Part shown: piece by piece, positions 35,692-44,259 of the stretch
How the letters are laid out: the number at the start of each line of letters is the position of its first letter
How positions within the stretch are numbered: position 1 is the stretch's first letter
Origin: Bernardetia sp. ABR2-2B
Lineage (GTDB): Bacteria; Bacteroidota; Bacteroidia; Cytophagales; Bernardetiaceae
Reading direction: 5' to 3'
NCBI RefSeq assembly: GCF_037126435.1
Contig: NZ_CP147020.1
Span: 1,907,293 to 1,971,292, forward strand
DNA length: 64,000 nt
Position numbers and translations under genes: made by a program
Notes under the pieces: model-generated
What the model was told of the DNA's origin: nothing
The model's database searches: none
Seen by the model: only the letters and a program-made list of their open reading frames with translations

Positions 35692-36771
35692 CTATCCCTT
35701 CTTATTCGCAAGTTGTCCACAAGCTGCATCAATATCTTTTCCTCGGCTTCTTCTAACAGTTGTTCTGACACCTCTTTTGATAAGATAACCAGCAAATTTT
35801 TCTATTCGGTCTTCTGTTGGCTTTTTGTATTCTGCTTCTTCTATTGGATTGTATTCAATGATATTTACTCTACAAGGAACGTGTTTGCAAAAACGATATA
35901 GCTCATCAGCATCTTTCAATGAATCATTGAAATCATCAAATAAAATATATTCATACGTAATTCTATTCCCTGTTTTATCATAAAAATACTTTAAGGCTTC
36001 TGCCAAAACCTCCAAAGAATTACTCTCATTAATATCCATAATTTCGTTGCGCTTTTCGTCATTTGCTGCGTGAAGTGATAAAGCCAAATTAAATTTCACA
36101 TTATCATCAGCCAACATTTTGATAAACTTTGCAATACCTGCCGTCGAAACGGTAATGCGTTTTGGAGACATACCCAGTCCATCTGGAGAAGTCAGCCTAT
36201 CAATTGATTGCAAGACATTTTTATAATTCATCAAAGGCTCACCCATTCCCATATAAACAATATTTGAAAGTGGCTGTCCATAATTTTCTTCTGCCTGACG
36301 AGAAATAGCTACTACTTGGTCATAAATTTCGGCTGCTTCTATATTTCGCTTCTTGCCCATATAACCTGTCGCACAAAACTTACAAGAAAGCGAACAACCC
36401 ACCTGTGAAGAAATACAAGCTGTCATTCTATCGGTTGTGGGAATCAAAACTCCCTCTACAATCTTTCCATCATAAAGCCTAAATGAAGATTTTATTGTTC
36501 TGTCATTACTTTTCTGTTCTTCTGAAATAGTAAGTGAGTTTATAGCAAAGTTCTCCTTTAGGGTTTCTCTTAGTTTTTGAGAAAGGTTAGTCATTTCTTC
36601 AAACGAAGTTGCTGATTTTTCCCACAACCATTGCCAAACCTGTTTTGCTCTAAATTTTGGTTCTCCTAATCTTTTTAGTTCTTCTGATATTTCTTCTAAC
36701 GTCAGTTTTCGAATATCTGTCTTTTTATTCTCTATTTCTTTTAAAGATAATTTTATGGTAGGCGTACTCAT
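35692..36771 (-). CDS. rlmN: 23S rRNA (adenine2503-C2)-methyltransferase RlmN (radical SAM)
   Basis: Radical-SAM Cys motif 'CSLSCKFCATG' plus conserved RlmN/Cfr flanks. Confidence 0.9.
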   Translation of the reverse strand: MSTPTIKLSLKEIENKKTDIRKLTLEEISEELKRLGEPKFRAKQVWQWLWEKSATSFEEMTNLSQKLRETLKENFAINSLTISEEQKSNDRTIKSSFRLYDGKIVEGVLIPTTDRMTACISSQVGCSLSCKFCATGYMGKKRNIEAAEIYDQVVAISRQAEENYGQPLSNIVYMGMGEPLMNYKNVLQSIDRLTSPDGLGMSPKRITVSTAGIAKFIKMLADDNVKFNLALSLHAANDEKRNEIMDINESNSLEVLAEALKYFYDKTGNRITYEYILFDDFNDSLKDADELYRFCKHVPCRVNIIEYNPIEEAEYKKPTEDRIEKFAGYLIKRGVRTTVRRSRGKDIDAACGQLANKKG

Positions 36772-36948
36772 AGCTTAGTTTTATTCTTGTTTATTTTTTT
36801 ACAAAAATACGAAATCTATTTGAGGAAACTCAATAAAGCAAAAATTGAGCTACACCGTTGTTGGGCTTAGTTGGCAACTAAGACCTATCAGTTATATAAA
36901 TCTGTAGATTTATGTGGTCAAGTAATTACAAAAATACCTACTTAACTT

Positions 36949-38412
36949 GCAAGTCTAAGACCTTATCCTGTCCCATAAACTTTTCAATTTTGGCTATTGT
37001 TTTGTATTGATTTTATTTATTTACTATTCTTACCTTCATTTTATGTTATATCAACCTTTGGAACATTGGAGCGAACGAGAATTTATGGATTGTGGTGTTG
37101 AAGACTTACGAGAAGCGAAAAGTATTTCGAAGATGGCAGATAAATTATTAGCTACTCCAGAAAACTCTTTCAGTAGTAGCGTAGGTAATAGTCTACGAAA
37201 AGCAGCTTGGCGTATTTTTTCAAAGGAAGAAGTAGATATTAGCTACGGACATTATCGTCAATCTTCTCTTCGTTGTTCCTCTGAATCTATGGTTTTGGTT
37301 CACCAGGATACAACAGATTTGAATTTTGGAGGTCATTTGGCTAGTGAAGGTTTAGGTGACTTAGGAGGTAGTACTGGCAAGCCTATTCTAGGTCTTTGTG
37401 TTCATAGTGCTTTAGTTACTACGGAAGCAGGTATTCCTTTGGGTTTGATTTCACAAAAGATATGGGCGCCTACAGTGGGCAGTAAAGAAAAAAAAGTAAT
37501 TCCTCACCTTCCAATAGAAGAAAAAGAAAGTTATCGTTGGTTAGAGGCTCTACAAGATATTAGCCATCGTTTAAAAGATGTTTCTAAGGTAATTGTAGTT
37601 TCTGATAGAGAGAGTGATTTTTATGAATATATTGATGCTACTCGTGGTAGAAATGTGGAGTTGTTATTTAGAGTGCATCATTTACGTCGTAGAGTATATG
37701 CAAATGGAGAGAAGATAGCTTTAGGGCAAGTTAGTTTTTCATCATTATCAGAGATAGATGTTTTTCTACCTAAGAGCAAAACTAGAGAAGCTAGAAAAGC
37801 TCGTCTTACAATAAGCTGGGGAGATATTATTTGCCCACCTTCGCAAAGGAAAAAGGGATCAGAACATCATTTATCTCTTATTATAGCTAAAGAAATGCAC
37901 CCTCCCAAAGATCAAGAGGCAGTAGAATGGTATCTACTAACCACTCAAAAAATAGTTACCCTTCAACAGGCACTTCTTTGTATAGAACACTACAAAAAAC
38001 GTTGGACTATTGAGCGTTGGCATTATGTGCTTAAACAGGGTTTACGAATAGAAAAACTACAGTTTGATACATTTACTTCACTATCTAATGCTATCAGCTT
38101 ACTCTCCATTGTAGCTTGGCAACTTTATTTGCTCAAAAAACTGGCAGAAGACTATGAAGATATTTCTGCTGATCAAGTATTGACAAAGATACAACTAGAG
38201 GTGTTAGGAAAACAAAGTCAGAAAAAAATACGCTACCTTCAAGAGGCTTTGATACGCATCGCTGTGTTAGGTGGATTTACACCATCTAAAAAACAACCTC
38301 TACCTGGCGAAATGACAATATGGAAAGGGTATAAGATGCTTAGTTTAATAGTTCAAGGCTATAAACTGGCTAACCCAAAAAAATATGGGACAGGATAAGG
38401 TCTTAGACTTGC
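36949..38412 (+). mobile_element. IS4-family insertion sequence (~1.46 kb) with 26-bp perfect terminal inverted repeats
   Basis: Left IR 36949-36974 'gcaagtctaagaccttatcctgtccc' is the exact reverse complement of right IR 38387-38412. The element encloses a single DDE transposase ORF. Confidence 0.75.
37007..38398 (+). CDS. IS4-family DDE transposase
   Basis: 'HQDTTDL', 'VVSDRESDFYE' and 'YKKRWTIERWHYVLKQG' (Y-x2-R-x3-E-x6-K, IS4 signature). Stop codon lies inside the right IR. Confidence 0.8.
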   Translation: MILFIYYSYLHFMLYQPLEHWSEREFMDCGVEDLREAKSISKMADKLLATPENSFSSSVGNSLRKAAWRIFSKEEVDISYGHYRQSSLRCSSESMVLVHQDTTDLNFGGHLASEGLGDLGGSTGKPILGLCVHSALVTTEAGIPLGLISQKIWAPTVGSKEKKVIPHLPIEEKESYRWLEALQDISHRLKDVSKVIVVSDRESDFYEYIDATRGRNVELLFRVHHLRRRVYANGEKIALGQVSFSSLSEIDVFLPKSKTREARKARLTISWGDIICPPSQRKKGSEHHLSLIIAKEMHPPKDQEAVEWYLLTTQKIVTLQQALLCIEHYKKRWTIERWHYVLKQGLRIEKLQFDTFTSLSNAISLLSIVAWQLYLLKKLAEDYEDISADQVLTKIQLEVLGKQSQKKIRYLQEALIRIAVLGGFTPSKKQPLPGEMTIWKGYKMLSLIVQGYKLANPKKYGTG

Positions 38413-38444
38413 TGAACTGATAAATCGTAGTCAATAGACAACGC

Positions 38445-38807
38445 TTAACAGCTACTATTTTTTTGGAACACTACGTGCAACGGGGGGGCTCCATCACTGT
38501 CTGACTTATATTTTTTGAAGCTAGGGTAGTTTTCATAAAATTTATCTTCTAATGTTACCCCTGCTACCCTTTCATAGAACATTAAATCAAGGCAAGCTGT
38601 TTGACCTGTCCACCTATTTATAATAATTGGTTGTACACCTACTAGACGGTTTTTTGGATTTCGTACAGAATCCTCTGTATTATATGAAAATGACCATCCA
38701 AAAGAGTGTTCCTTAAGGGAATGACTTATTATTTTTTGTTTATAATTCCTGCTTAGACCTTCTAAATATTTAGCTTGTATAAGCTTTGCGTCTGTTAATT
38801 CAATCAT
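38445..38807 (-). CDS. Hypothetical small protein (candidate immunity protein)
   Basis: 120 aa, no signal peptide; immediately downstream of a toxin-fragment-like ORF; contains an in-frame C7 (G7 on + strand) tract at 38482-38488. Confidence 0.4.
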   Translation of the reverse strand: MIELTDAKLIQAKYLEGLSRNYKQKIISHSLKEHSFGWSFSYNTEDSVRNPKNRLVGVQPIIINRWTGQTACLDLMFYERVAGVTLEDKFYENYPSFKKYKSDSDGAPPLHVVFQKNSSC

Positions 38808-38818
38808 GTTTTAATCAT

Positions 38819-39136
38819 TTAATTTTTACCTACTTTTGAGTATTCTATTACATAACCAGCATTTTTAATCATTTGATCAAGACTGTCAAAAATATATTCT
38901 ACAGCTTTTCCATCTGGTGTTGTTGCTTGAGGATCTATAAATCTAATCACATCATCCTTGTCTTTGAGAACTAAAAATATATGACCTATTTCACTATCTA
39001 CTTCTTTCCCATTCTTTATTATAGGTCTATATATAGAAACAACACCTACACTGTTTGGTTTCAGTTTATTCATATAGGTTACAACATTGATAAGTGCCTC
39101 AGATCTTTGGAACTTATGTATACCCCATTTTATCAT
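38819..39136 (-). CDS. Hypothetical small protein, possibly an orphan toxin C-terminal-domain fragment
   Basis: 105 aa, no signal and no N-terminal delivery domain; upstream region is replaced by a repeat element. Assignment is speculative. Confidence 0.3.
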   Translation of the reverse strand: MIKWGIHKFQRSEALINVVTYMNKLKPNSVGVVSIYRPIIKNGKEVDSEIGHIFLVLKDKDDVIRFIDPQATTPDGKAVEYIFDSLDQMIKNAGYVIEYSKVGKN

Positions 39137-39212
39137 TCGTTTTTGTAAATCGAATTGTGTTTCTACTAAACCTCCTATTTCTTGTTGGTGTTCTCATTTT
39201 AAAAAGTAAAAG

Positions 39213-39497
39213 AAAGCTGTTGCCCTTTTCTTTAGTTTCGGCTTGCCGTTACGATGACCAACAACAAACATACCTCACAAATCTACTAACTTCCCACAAA
39301 ACCAAAAAACCCAAATCAAAAAAATAGATTTCATTCAAAACCCTCTGCTGTGTCTCGGCTGTCTAAAAATGGCTCTCGCTTGGCTCTGCCGAGTGAGCAA
39401 TATGTATTCGGCTTGTAGCCGTGCATTTCAAATATACTATTATTTTCAATTATTTCCGTTCATTTTTTTTGTTTGACCATTGGAAAACTACGACGAA
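39213..39497 (+). repeat. Extended (~285 bp) copy 1 of palindromic repeat family
   Basis: Near-identical to 40069-40337. Begins with palindromic unit 'gttg..gtctttagtttcggcttgccgttacgatgaccaacaac'. Confidence 0.8.
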
Positions 39498-39514
39498 CAG
39501 AGGTAACACCAAAT

Positions 39515-39595
39515 ACGAAAACCACGGCTAGAAGCCGAATACATAGCTACGCATTCGGATGACCCGAGCGAGGGCTGGGTGAGCTGGTTCTGTAG
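39515..39595 (-). repeat. Inverted partial copy of the repeat's 3' module
   Basis: 'cacggctagaagccgaatacata...' is the reverse complement of 'tatgtattcggcttgtagccgtg' from the extended copies. Confidence 0.6.
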
Positions 39596-39996
39596 TCCAT
39601 AGCTTGAGTTACAAATATATAAAATAAAAAAAACCAAGCTAACAACATAACTACAAAGAAACTCCAATCAGTATAATTATTTTTAACTGTTTCTGGTCTT
39701 CCTACTTTATAAGATATCTCTATACTATCTCCAATCTTAAAAAACTTTTGAGCAACTACATCTACATTTACTTTATGAGTATACTCCTTCCCTTCATACA
39801 GATGTTTTACTTTAAGATGTTGAGTCTTAACATAGCTAGAATCTTCACTGTTAGCTTTACCTTGATATATGACTAAAGCTTTTTCAACTTTTAAGTCAAA
39901 AATTAAAGAATATATGGGTTCAGTATTGATTAAGGCAACACCTATGAGAAGCATTCCAATTGAAGAAAATAATAAAAAAGAAACTTGTTTGTTCAT
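39547..39996 (-). CDS. DUF3592-like membrane protein (N- and C-terminal TM flanking a small domain); ORF tail runs into repeat
   Basis: 'LLFSSIGMLLIGVALI' TM, ~90-aa domain, 'FFVVMLLAWFFLFYIFV' TM. Last ~20 codons ('...SPSPRSGHPNA') lie in repeat sequence and are probably not the true C-terminus. Confidence 0.45.
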   Translation of the reverse strand: MNKQVSFLLFSSIGMLLIGVALINTEPIYSLIFDLKVEKALVIYQGKANSEDSSYVKTQHLKVKHLYEGKEYTHKVNVDVVAQKFFKIGDSIEISYKVGRPETVKNNYTDWSFFVVMLLAWFFLFYIFVTQAMDYRTSSPSPRSGHPNA

Positions 39997-40068
39997 TACT
40001 CTATTGAATCATTTGAATTAAATTGTGCGTTCTTGTTAGTCTTCCAAAAACCCCAAAGCATTATAAAG

Positions 40069-40337
40069 AAGCCGTTGTTGGTCTTTAGTTTCGGCTTGCC
40101 GTTACGATGACCAACAACAAACATACCTCACAAATCTACTAACTTCCCACAAAATCAAAAAAATAGATTTCATTCAAAACCCTCTGCTGTGTCTCGGCTG
40201 TCCAAAAATGGCTCTCGCTTGGCTCTGCCGAGTGAGCAATATGTATTCGGCTTGTAGCCGTGCATTTCAAATATACTATTATTTTTAATTATTTCCGTTC
40301 ATTTTTTTTATTTGACCATTGGAAAACTACGACGAAC
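40069..40337 (+). repeat. Extended (~270 bp) copy 2 of palindromic repeat family
   Basis: Direct repeat of 39213-39497, differing by a 13-bp indel and a few substitutions. Confidence 0.8.
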
Positions 40338-40740
40338 GGAGAAATTTTAAAAAAAGCAGTTAGCTACATTAATTATATTTTTTGCAATAAAAACTTGTTT
40401 TATTATCAAAAACTCAAAATTGCACCTTTTATCAATGAAAATTTGATAAACAACGTATTAATTTTAGAAAAGTAATAATTTTTAAAAAAACTAACATTGT
40501 AAATTATTTGTGAATTTTTTGTTAAAAATTTGGAAATGAAAAATTAACTTCCTTAATTTGTTTAATAGTTAAACAAGATAACTATTTTTTATACTTAGAG
40601 AAAAGAACAATAATGAATAATAAATTACACTTTTTAAATAAAAAATTGCAATTAATCATCAATACAGCTAAAAATAGAATTTAGCTTTTTATTTTTCTAA
40701 ATAGTATGCAAACATACTATAAAGTTAATTCACTTTATTA

Positions 40741-40750
40741 CCCCCCCCCC
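40741..40750. promoter_or_regulatory. C10 homopolymer tract 20 bp upstream of the lipase-like gene start (candidate phase-variation switch)
   Basis: 'ttattacccccccccctaacac...ATG'. A 10-nt C run is highly unusual in this AT-rich sequence. Confidence 0.5.
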
Positions 40751-40769
40751 TAACACATATTCACAAACT

Positions 40770-42431
40770 ATGAAACTAATAAAATTAAACTTATCTTACA
40801 TTGTATTTCTCTTAGTGATTGCAATCGGATTCACTTCTTGTCAAGAAGATGATATTTTAGAACACGCTCAAAAGAAAAGTGAGCAAATAGAAGAAAACAG
40901 TGACCCTGCTATTTCTAGCACTTCTAAAAAGGGTAAATCAAATCAAGAAACACATACAGCTTCTAGCACAGTACGTGTTTTAGTTAATGGAAATCCACTT
41001 ACTTGGCCTAATAATAGAGCTAACCCAGTTAATGTAAATGGGCGTGTAATGGTTCATATGAACACTATTTTTACACGTTTGGGTTATTCTGTTCAATGGA
41101 TACAAAATGACCCAAATCGTGGAAATTTATCTAGTGTAGTAGCAACTAAACCTGGTAGAACTATTCAAATTTGGGTAGGCGATACGTGGGCAAAAGTAAA
41201 TGGAAGCTGGAAACAAGCTGCTGTTGCTCCTTATAATAACAATGGTTACGTAATGGTACACTCTCGTTTTGTAGCTGAAAATTCAGGTTCACGTACAGAT
41301 TGGGATCAACAAACCACTTCTGTTCAGATTTACTACTATGACGAGCCTGATTATGGTTTTTATTTCTTTGGATCACAGCCAGGTAGTAACCCAACTGCTG
41401 ATGCTGTAGGATGTCAGAAGTTTGTACCTGGAGTAGCCAATCCTTTCTTTGACCCAACTAAGCCAACTATTATCTACGTGCATGGAAATGCTCCAAATGC
41501 TGTACAGAGCCAAAGTAGAGAAGATTTTTTATTAGACGAAGGAGGGCTTAACGTTCAGAGTCATAATATTTGGAAAGCACAAGGTTGGAACGTAGCTATT
41601 TTCTATTGGATTCAGTTTGCAGACGAAGGCAATAATATTCCCCCATATAAAGTAGAAAAGAAAATTTATACAGCTAACTCAGAAGTGGGTATGCGCTGGA
41701 AGGGTTCTAATGGAAATATGTACGTAAGTCAAGCTATTCAACGTCCAGTGAAAGACTTGTTCGCAGAAGAGTATCGTAAAATCTTTACAAGTAGTTATTC
41801 GGGTGCAGAAATTCGTGTTGTGGGTAACTCTCTTGGAGGTAACCTTACTATGGCAGGTTTATTAGAAGTATATCGTAGAAATTCTCCTCGTTTGCCTTCT
41901 CGTATTACACTTATGGATCCATTTTGGACGGCTATTCAAAGTACAGGCTCTCCACAAAACTCTTGGTATATTAGTGGTTTTGATGAAAATGTAACTAATT
42001 CTGCTGACTATGGTGGTCTTTCTGCTGAGATTTATGCAGCAAGAGGAACAGCAATTGAATATTTCCGTACAAGTCTTTTAGGGGCAAATGGTCTTTCTGC
42101 TCGTGCAGGTCGTGCTTCGGCAGTTTGCCACTTTGGTATAGACTTTTTGGGAAGCAACCCTACCAATCAAGTACGAAAGCATACGATTCCTGTTCGTCAG
42201 TATTTCCATTCTCGTGGCGTTGCTGCTCCTTTAGAAGTTTCTCGTCCTAACATACTCACATCTTGGAGTCCAACAGGAAACCAAGCTATGTCGGCAGCTA
42301 CTCCAAACTCTAGAATCAGACAAATGATGGTACCAAATACACATTGGAATCAATTAGGTGGAAATGATGGTGGTAGAGGTACTGCAACTATGGCAGATGA
42401 TAGATATCACACAAGACTAGGTCTTTGGTAA
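40770..42431 (+). CDS. Secreted lipoprotein with GxSxG alpha/beta-hydrolase (lipase/esterase-like) domain and Cu-amine-oxidase-N-like beta domain
   Basis: Signal 'LLVIAIGFTSCQ'. 'VVGNSLGGNLTMAGL' is a nucleophile elbow. N-terminal 'VRVLVNGNPLTW...VMVHMNT' resembles copper amine oxidase N-terminal-type domains. Confidence 0.55.
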   Translation: MKLIKLNLSYIVFLLVIAIGFTSCQEDDILEHAQKKSEQIEENSDPAISSTSKKGKSNQETHTASSTVRVLVNGNPLTWPNNRANPVNVNGRVMVHMNTIFTRLGYSVQWIQNDPNRGNLSSVVATKPGRTIQIWVGDTWAKVNGSWKQAAVAPYNNNGYVMVHSRFVAENSGSRTDWDQQTTSVQIYYYDEPDYGFYFFGSQPGSNPTADAVGCQKFVPGVANPFFDPTKPTIIYVHGNAPNAVQSQSREDFLLDEGGLNVQSHNIWKAQGWNVAIFYWIQFADEGNNIPPYKVEKKIYTANSEVGMRWKGSNGNMYVSQAIQRPVKDLFAEEYRKIFTSSYSGAEIRVVGNSLGGNLTMAGLLEVYRRNSPRLPSRITLMDPFWTAIQSTGSPQNSWYISGFDENVTNSADYGGLSAEIYAARGTAIEYFRTSLLGANGLSARAGRASAVCHFGIDFLGSNPTNQVRKHTIPVRQYFHSRGVAAPLEVSRPNILTSWSPTGNQAMSAATPNSRIRQMMVPNTHWNQLGGNDGGRGTATMADDRYHTRLGLW

Positions 42432-42562
42432 AATATTAAAGAGCAAAACGTCTTTAATTGTCTAAGGAGTAATTTTTATTCCATCAATTAAAGACCGTGT
42501 TTTGGTAGTAAAATAGTATTGAAAGAGGTTATCTTAATTTTAGGATAACCTCTTTTTTTCGA

Positions 42563-43099
42563 TTATAAACTTTCAATCATCATTAATCGCTCATAAATTT
42601 TATAATTCTCTTCATCAAAACAAACAAAAACTATTTCTTCTAAAATAGAACTGTTACTTTGTTTTACAAATTCATTTACTGTATTTAATGCAATTTCGGC
42701 TGCTTCTTCTTTTGGAAACTTATAAACTCCTGTGCTGATGTTTGGAAATGAAATCGATTTAGTTTCTAATTCTTGAGTAATTTCTAAAGAGTTTTTATAG
42801 CAATTAGCTAAAAGCTCTCTTTCTCCGTGTTCGCCATCTTGCCAAACCGAACCTACTGTATGAATGACATACTTGGCTGGTAGGTTTCCTGCTGTTGTAT
42901 AAACGGCTTCTCCTGTCTTGCAACCTCCTTGTTTGTTACGTATTTTAATACATTCCTCCAAGATTTCTTTTCCTCCTGCCCTGTGAATTGCTCCATCTAC
43001 TCCACCACCTCCCAAAAGTGATGTGTTGGCAGCGTTTACGATAGCACCAACAGGTATTTTAGTAATATCTCCTCTTTTTAATGAAAGTTTAATTGACAT
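42563..43099 (-). CDS. Macro domain protein (O-acetyl-ADP-ribose deacetylase, MacroD/YmdB-like)
   Basis: '[26 protein letters not shown]' and '[16 protein letters not shown]'. Confidence 0.85.
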   Translation of the reverse strand: MSIKLSLKRGDITKIPVGAIVNAANTSLLGGGGVDGAIHRAGGKEILEECIKIRNKQGGCKTGEAVYTTAGNLPAKYVIHTVGSVWQDGEHGERELLANCYKNSLEITQELETKSISFPNISTGVYKFPKEEAAEIALNTVNEFVKQSNSSILEEIVFVCFDEENYKIYERLMMIESL

Positions 43100-43619
43100 G
43101 TAATTTTAGATTAAAATTTAAAATTTTCTGTACTTTTTTGATATTTTTTTGTCAGAATTAGTATAAAGTCAGAAATAATGATTATGTTTGAGACATCATA
43201 AGGAAAACAAATACAATTTCAAGAAAATTGTTTTGAAGAGATAATAAGAAAATCAGTTAAAAGCAGTTTTTATTTCTTTCTATATAAGATAAGAGTATAT
43301 TTTTGATACTATTTTTAGAGAAAAAACAAAAACTAAAAACTATTTTTTTAACTTCTACTTTTTTCACAACAACTACTTTTTGCCCTTTTTACTCTTGTAG
43401 TAAGAAGGGTTTTTTGTTGTCATTACTTTTTACAACTGATTCATACCTTCGTTTTTAAATCAGTTTTTAACATAAATTTTTCTAATTCCGAATGATAATT
43501 TGTACATTGAGGTAAATATTAGAAAATTTGAATGGAAAAAAACACAGGCTTCTATTTCTTGTTTTTATCATTTTTCTATATTTTAAAGTTCATTTTATCA
43601 CTAAATTTTACCTTATATT

Positions 43620-44138
43620 ATGCACATGCAAAAATTTCGTATCTCTTTATTTGCACTATTACTTAGTTCTTTGTTCCTTTTTAGTTGTGGAGGAAAGAAA
43701 AAAACAAACACAGAAACTACTACAACCACAACTACAAAAACTGATAATAGCTCAACAGCTACTGAAACGATGCCTGAAGAAGTAGAGGGTGGCGCACTCA
43801 ACAAATTCTTTCCTAAAGAAGAAGGAGCTTACAAAGTTACCTACAATCAAGAAAAAGATGGTTTCGTACAGGCAAGTTTAGAGCAAGACGGAAAAGAAGT
43901 AGCGACACTTGCTGTAAGTGATTTGAGTACCAACTTAGATACAAAAGCTAAATATGAAAAATCTACAATGAAAGTGGCTAACTATCCAGCACTCAAAAAA
44001 GGTTCGAAGGGACATACTATCTTAGTAGGAGACCGTTATCAAGTCAGTATTCGCTCTAAAGACGATAGTTTTGATGAAAAAATGCGTATGGCATGGTTCG
44101 AAAAGTTTGACCTTTCGGGACTTTCTAAACTCAAATAA
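43620..44138 (+). CDS. Lipoprotein, hypothetical (Thr-rich linker)
   Basis: Signal 'LLLSSLFLFSCGG' then 'TETTTTTTTKTD' linker. Confidence 0.45.
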   Translation: MHMQKFRISLFALLLSSLFLFSCGGKKKTNTETTTTTTTKTDNSSTATETMPEEVEGGALNKFFPKEEGAYKVTYNQEKDGFVQASLEQDGKEVATLAVSDLSTNLDTKAKYEKSTMKVANYPALKKGSKGHTILVGDRYQVSIRSKDDSFDEKMRMAWFEKFDLSGLSKLK

Positions 44139-44259
44139 ACTTTTTTTGATTAAAAATTGAATAACCTACTACTTTTTGGAAAGAAAAGATATTTATTTTA
44201 GTTATTCCTTTTATTTTCAATTCTAAAATCTAATTTCTAAAATCTAAATTTTAAACTAT

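Noticed and set aside
36930-38430. Target-site duplication flanking the IS4 element
   Set aside because: Sequences immediately outside the 26-bp IRs ('acttaactt' / 'tgaactgat') do not form a convincing direct repeat.
39213-39270. Integron attC-site interpretation of the palindromic repeat unit
   Set aside because: The GTTG..../....CAAC arms are in the opposite order to attC R''/R' cores (RYYYAAC...GTTRRRY), and no intI integrase is nearby.
39547-39600. C-terminal 18 residues of the 149-aa membrane protein ('...SPSPRSGHPNA')
   Set aside because: This stretch is translated from repeat-element sequence (an inverted partial copy). The true stop is probably earlier or the tail is adventitious.
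43613-43804. 63-aa ORF with poly-Val run antisense to lipoprotein gene start
   Set aside because: It is the reverse complement of the Thr-rich linker (ACn repeats) of the 43620-44138 lipoprotein; an artefact.
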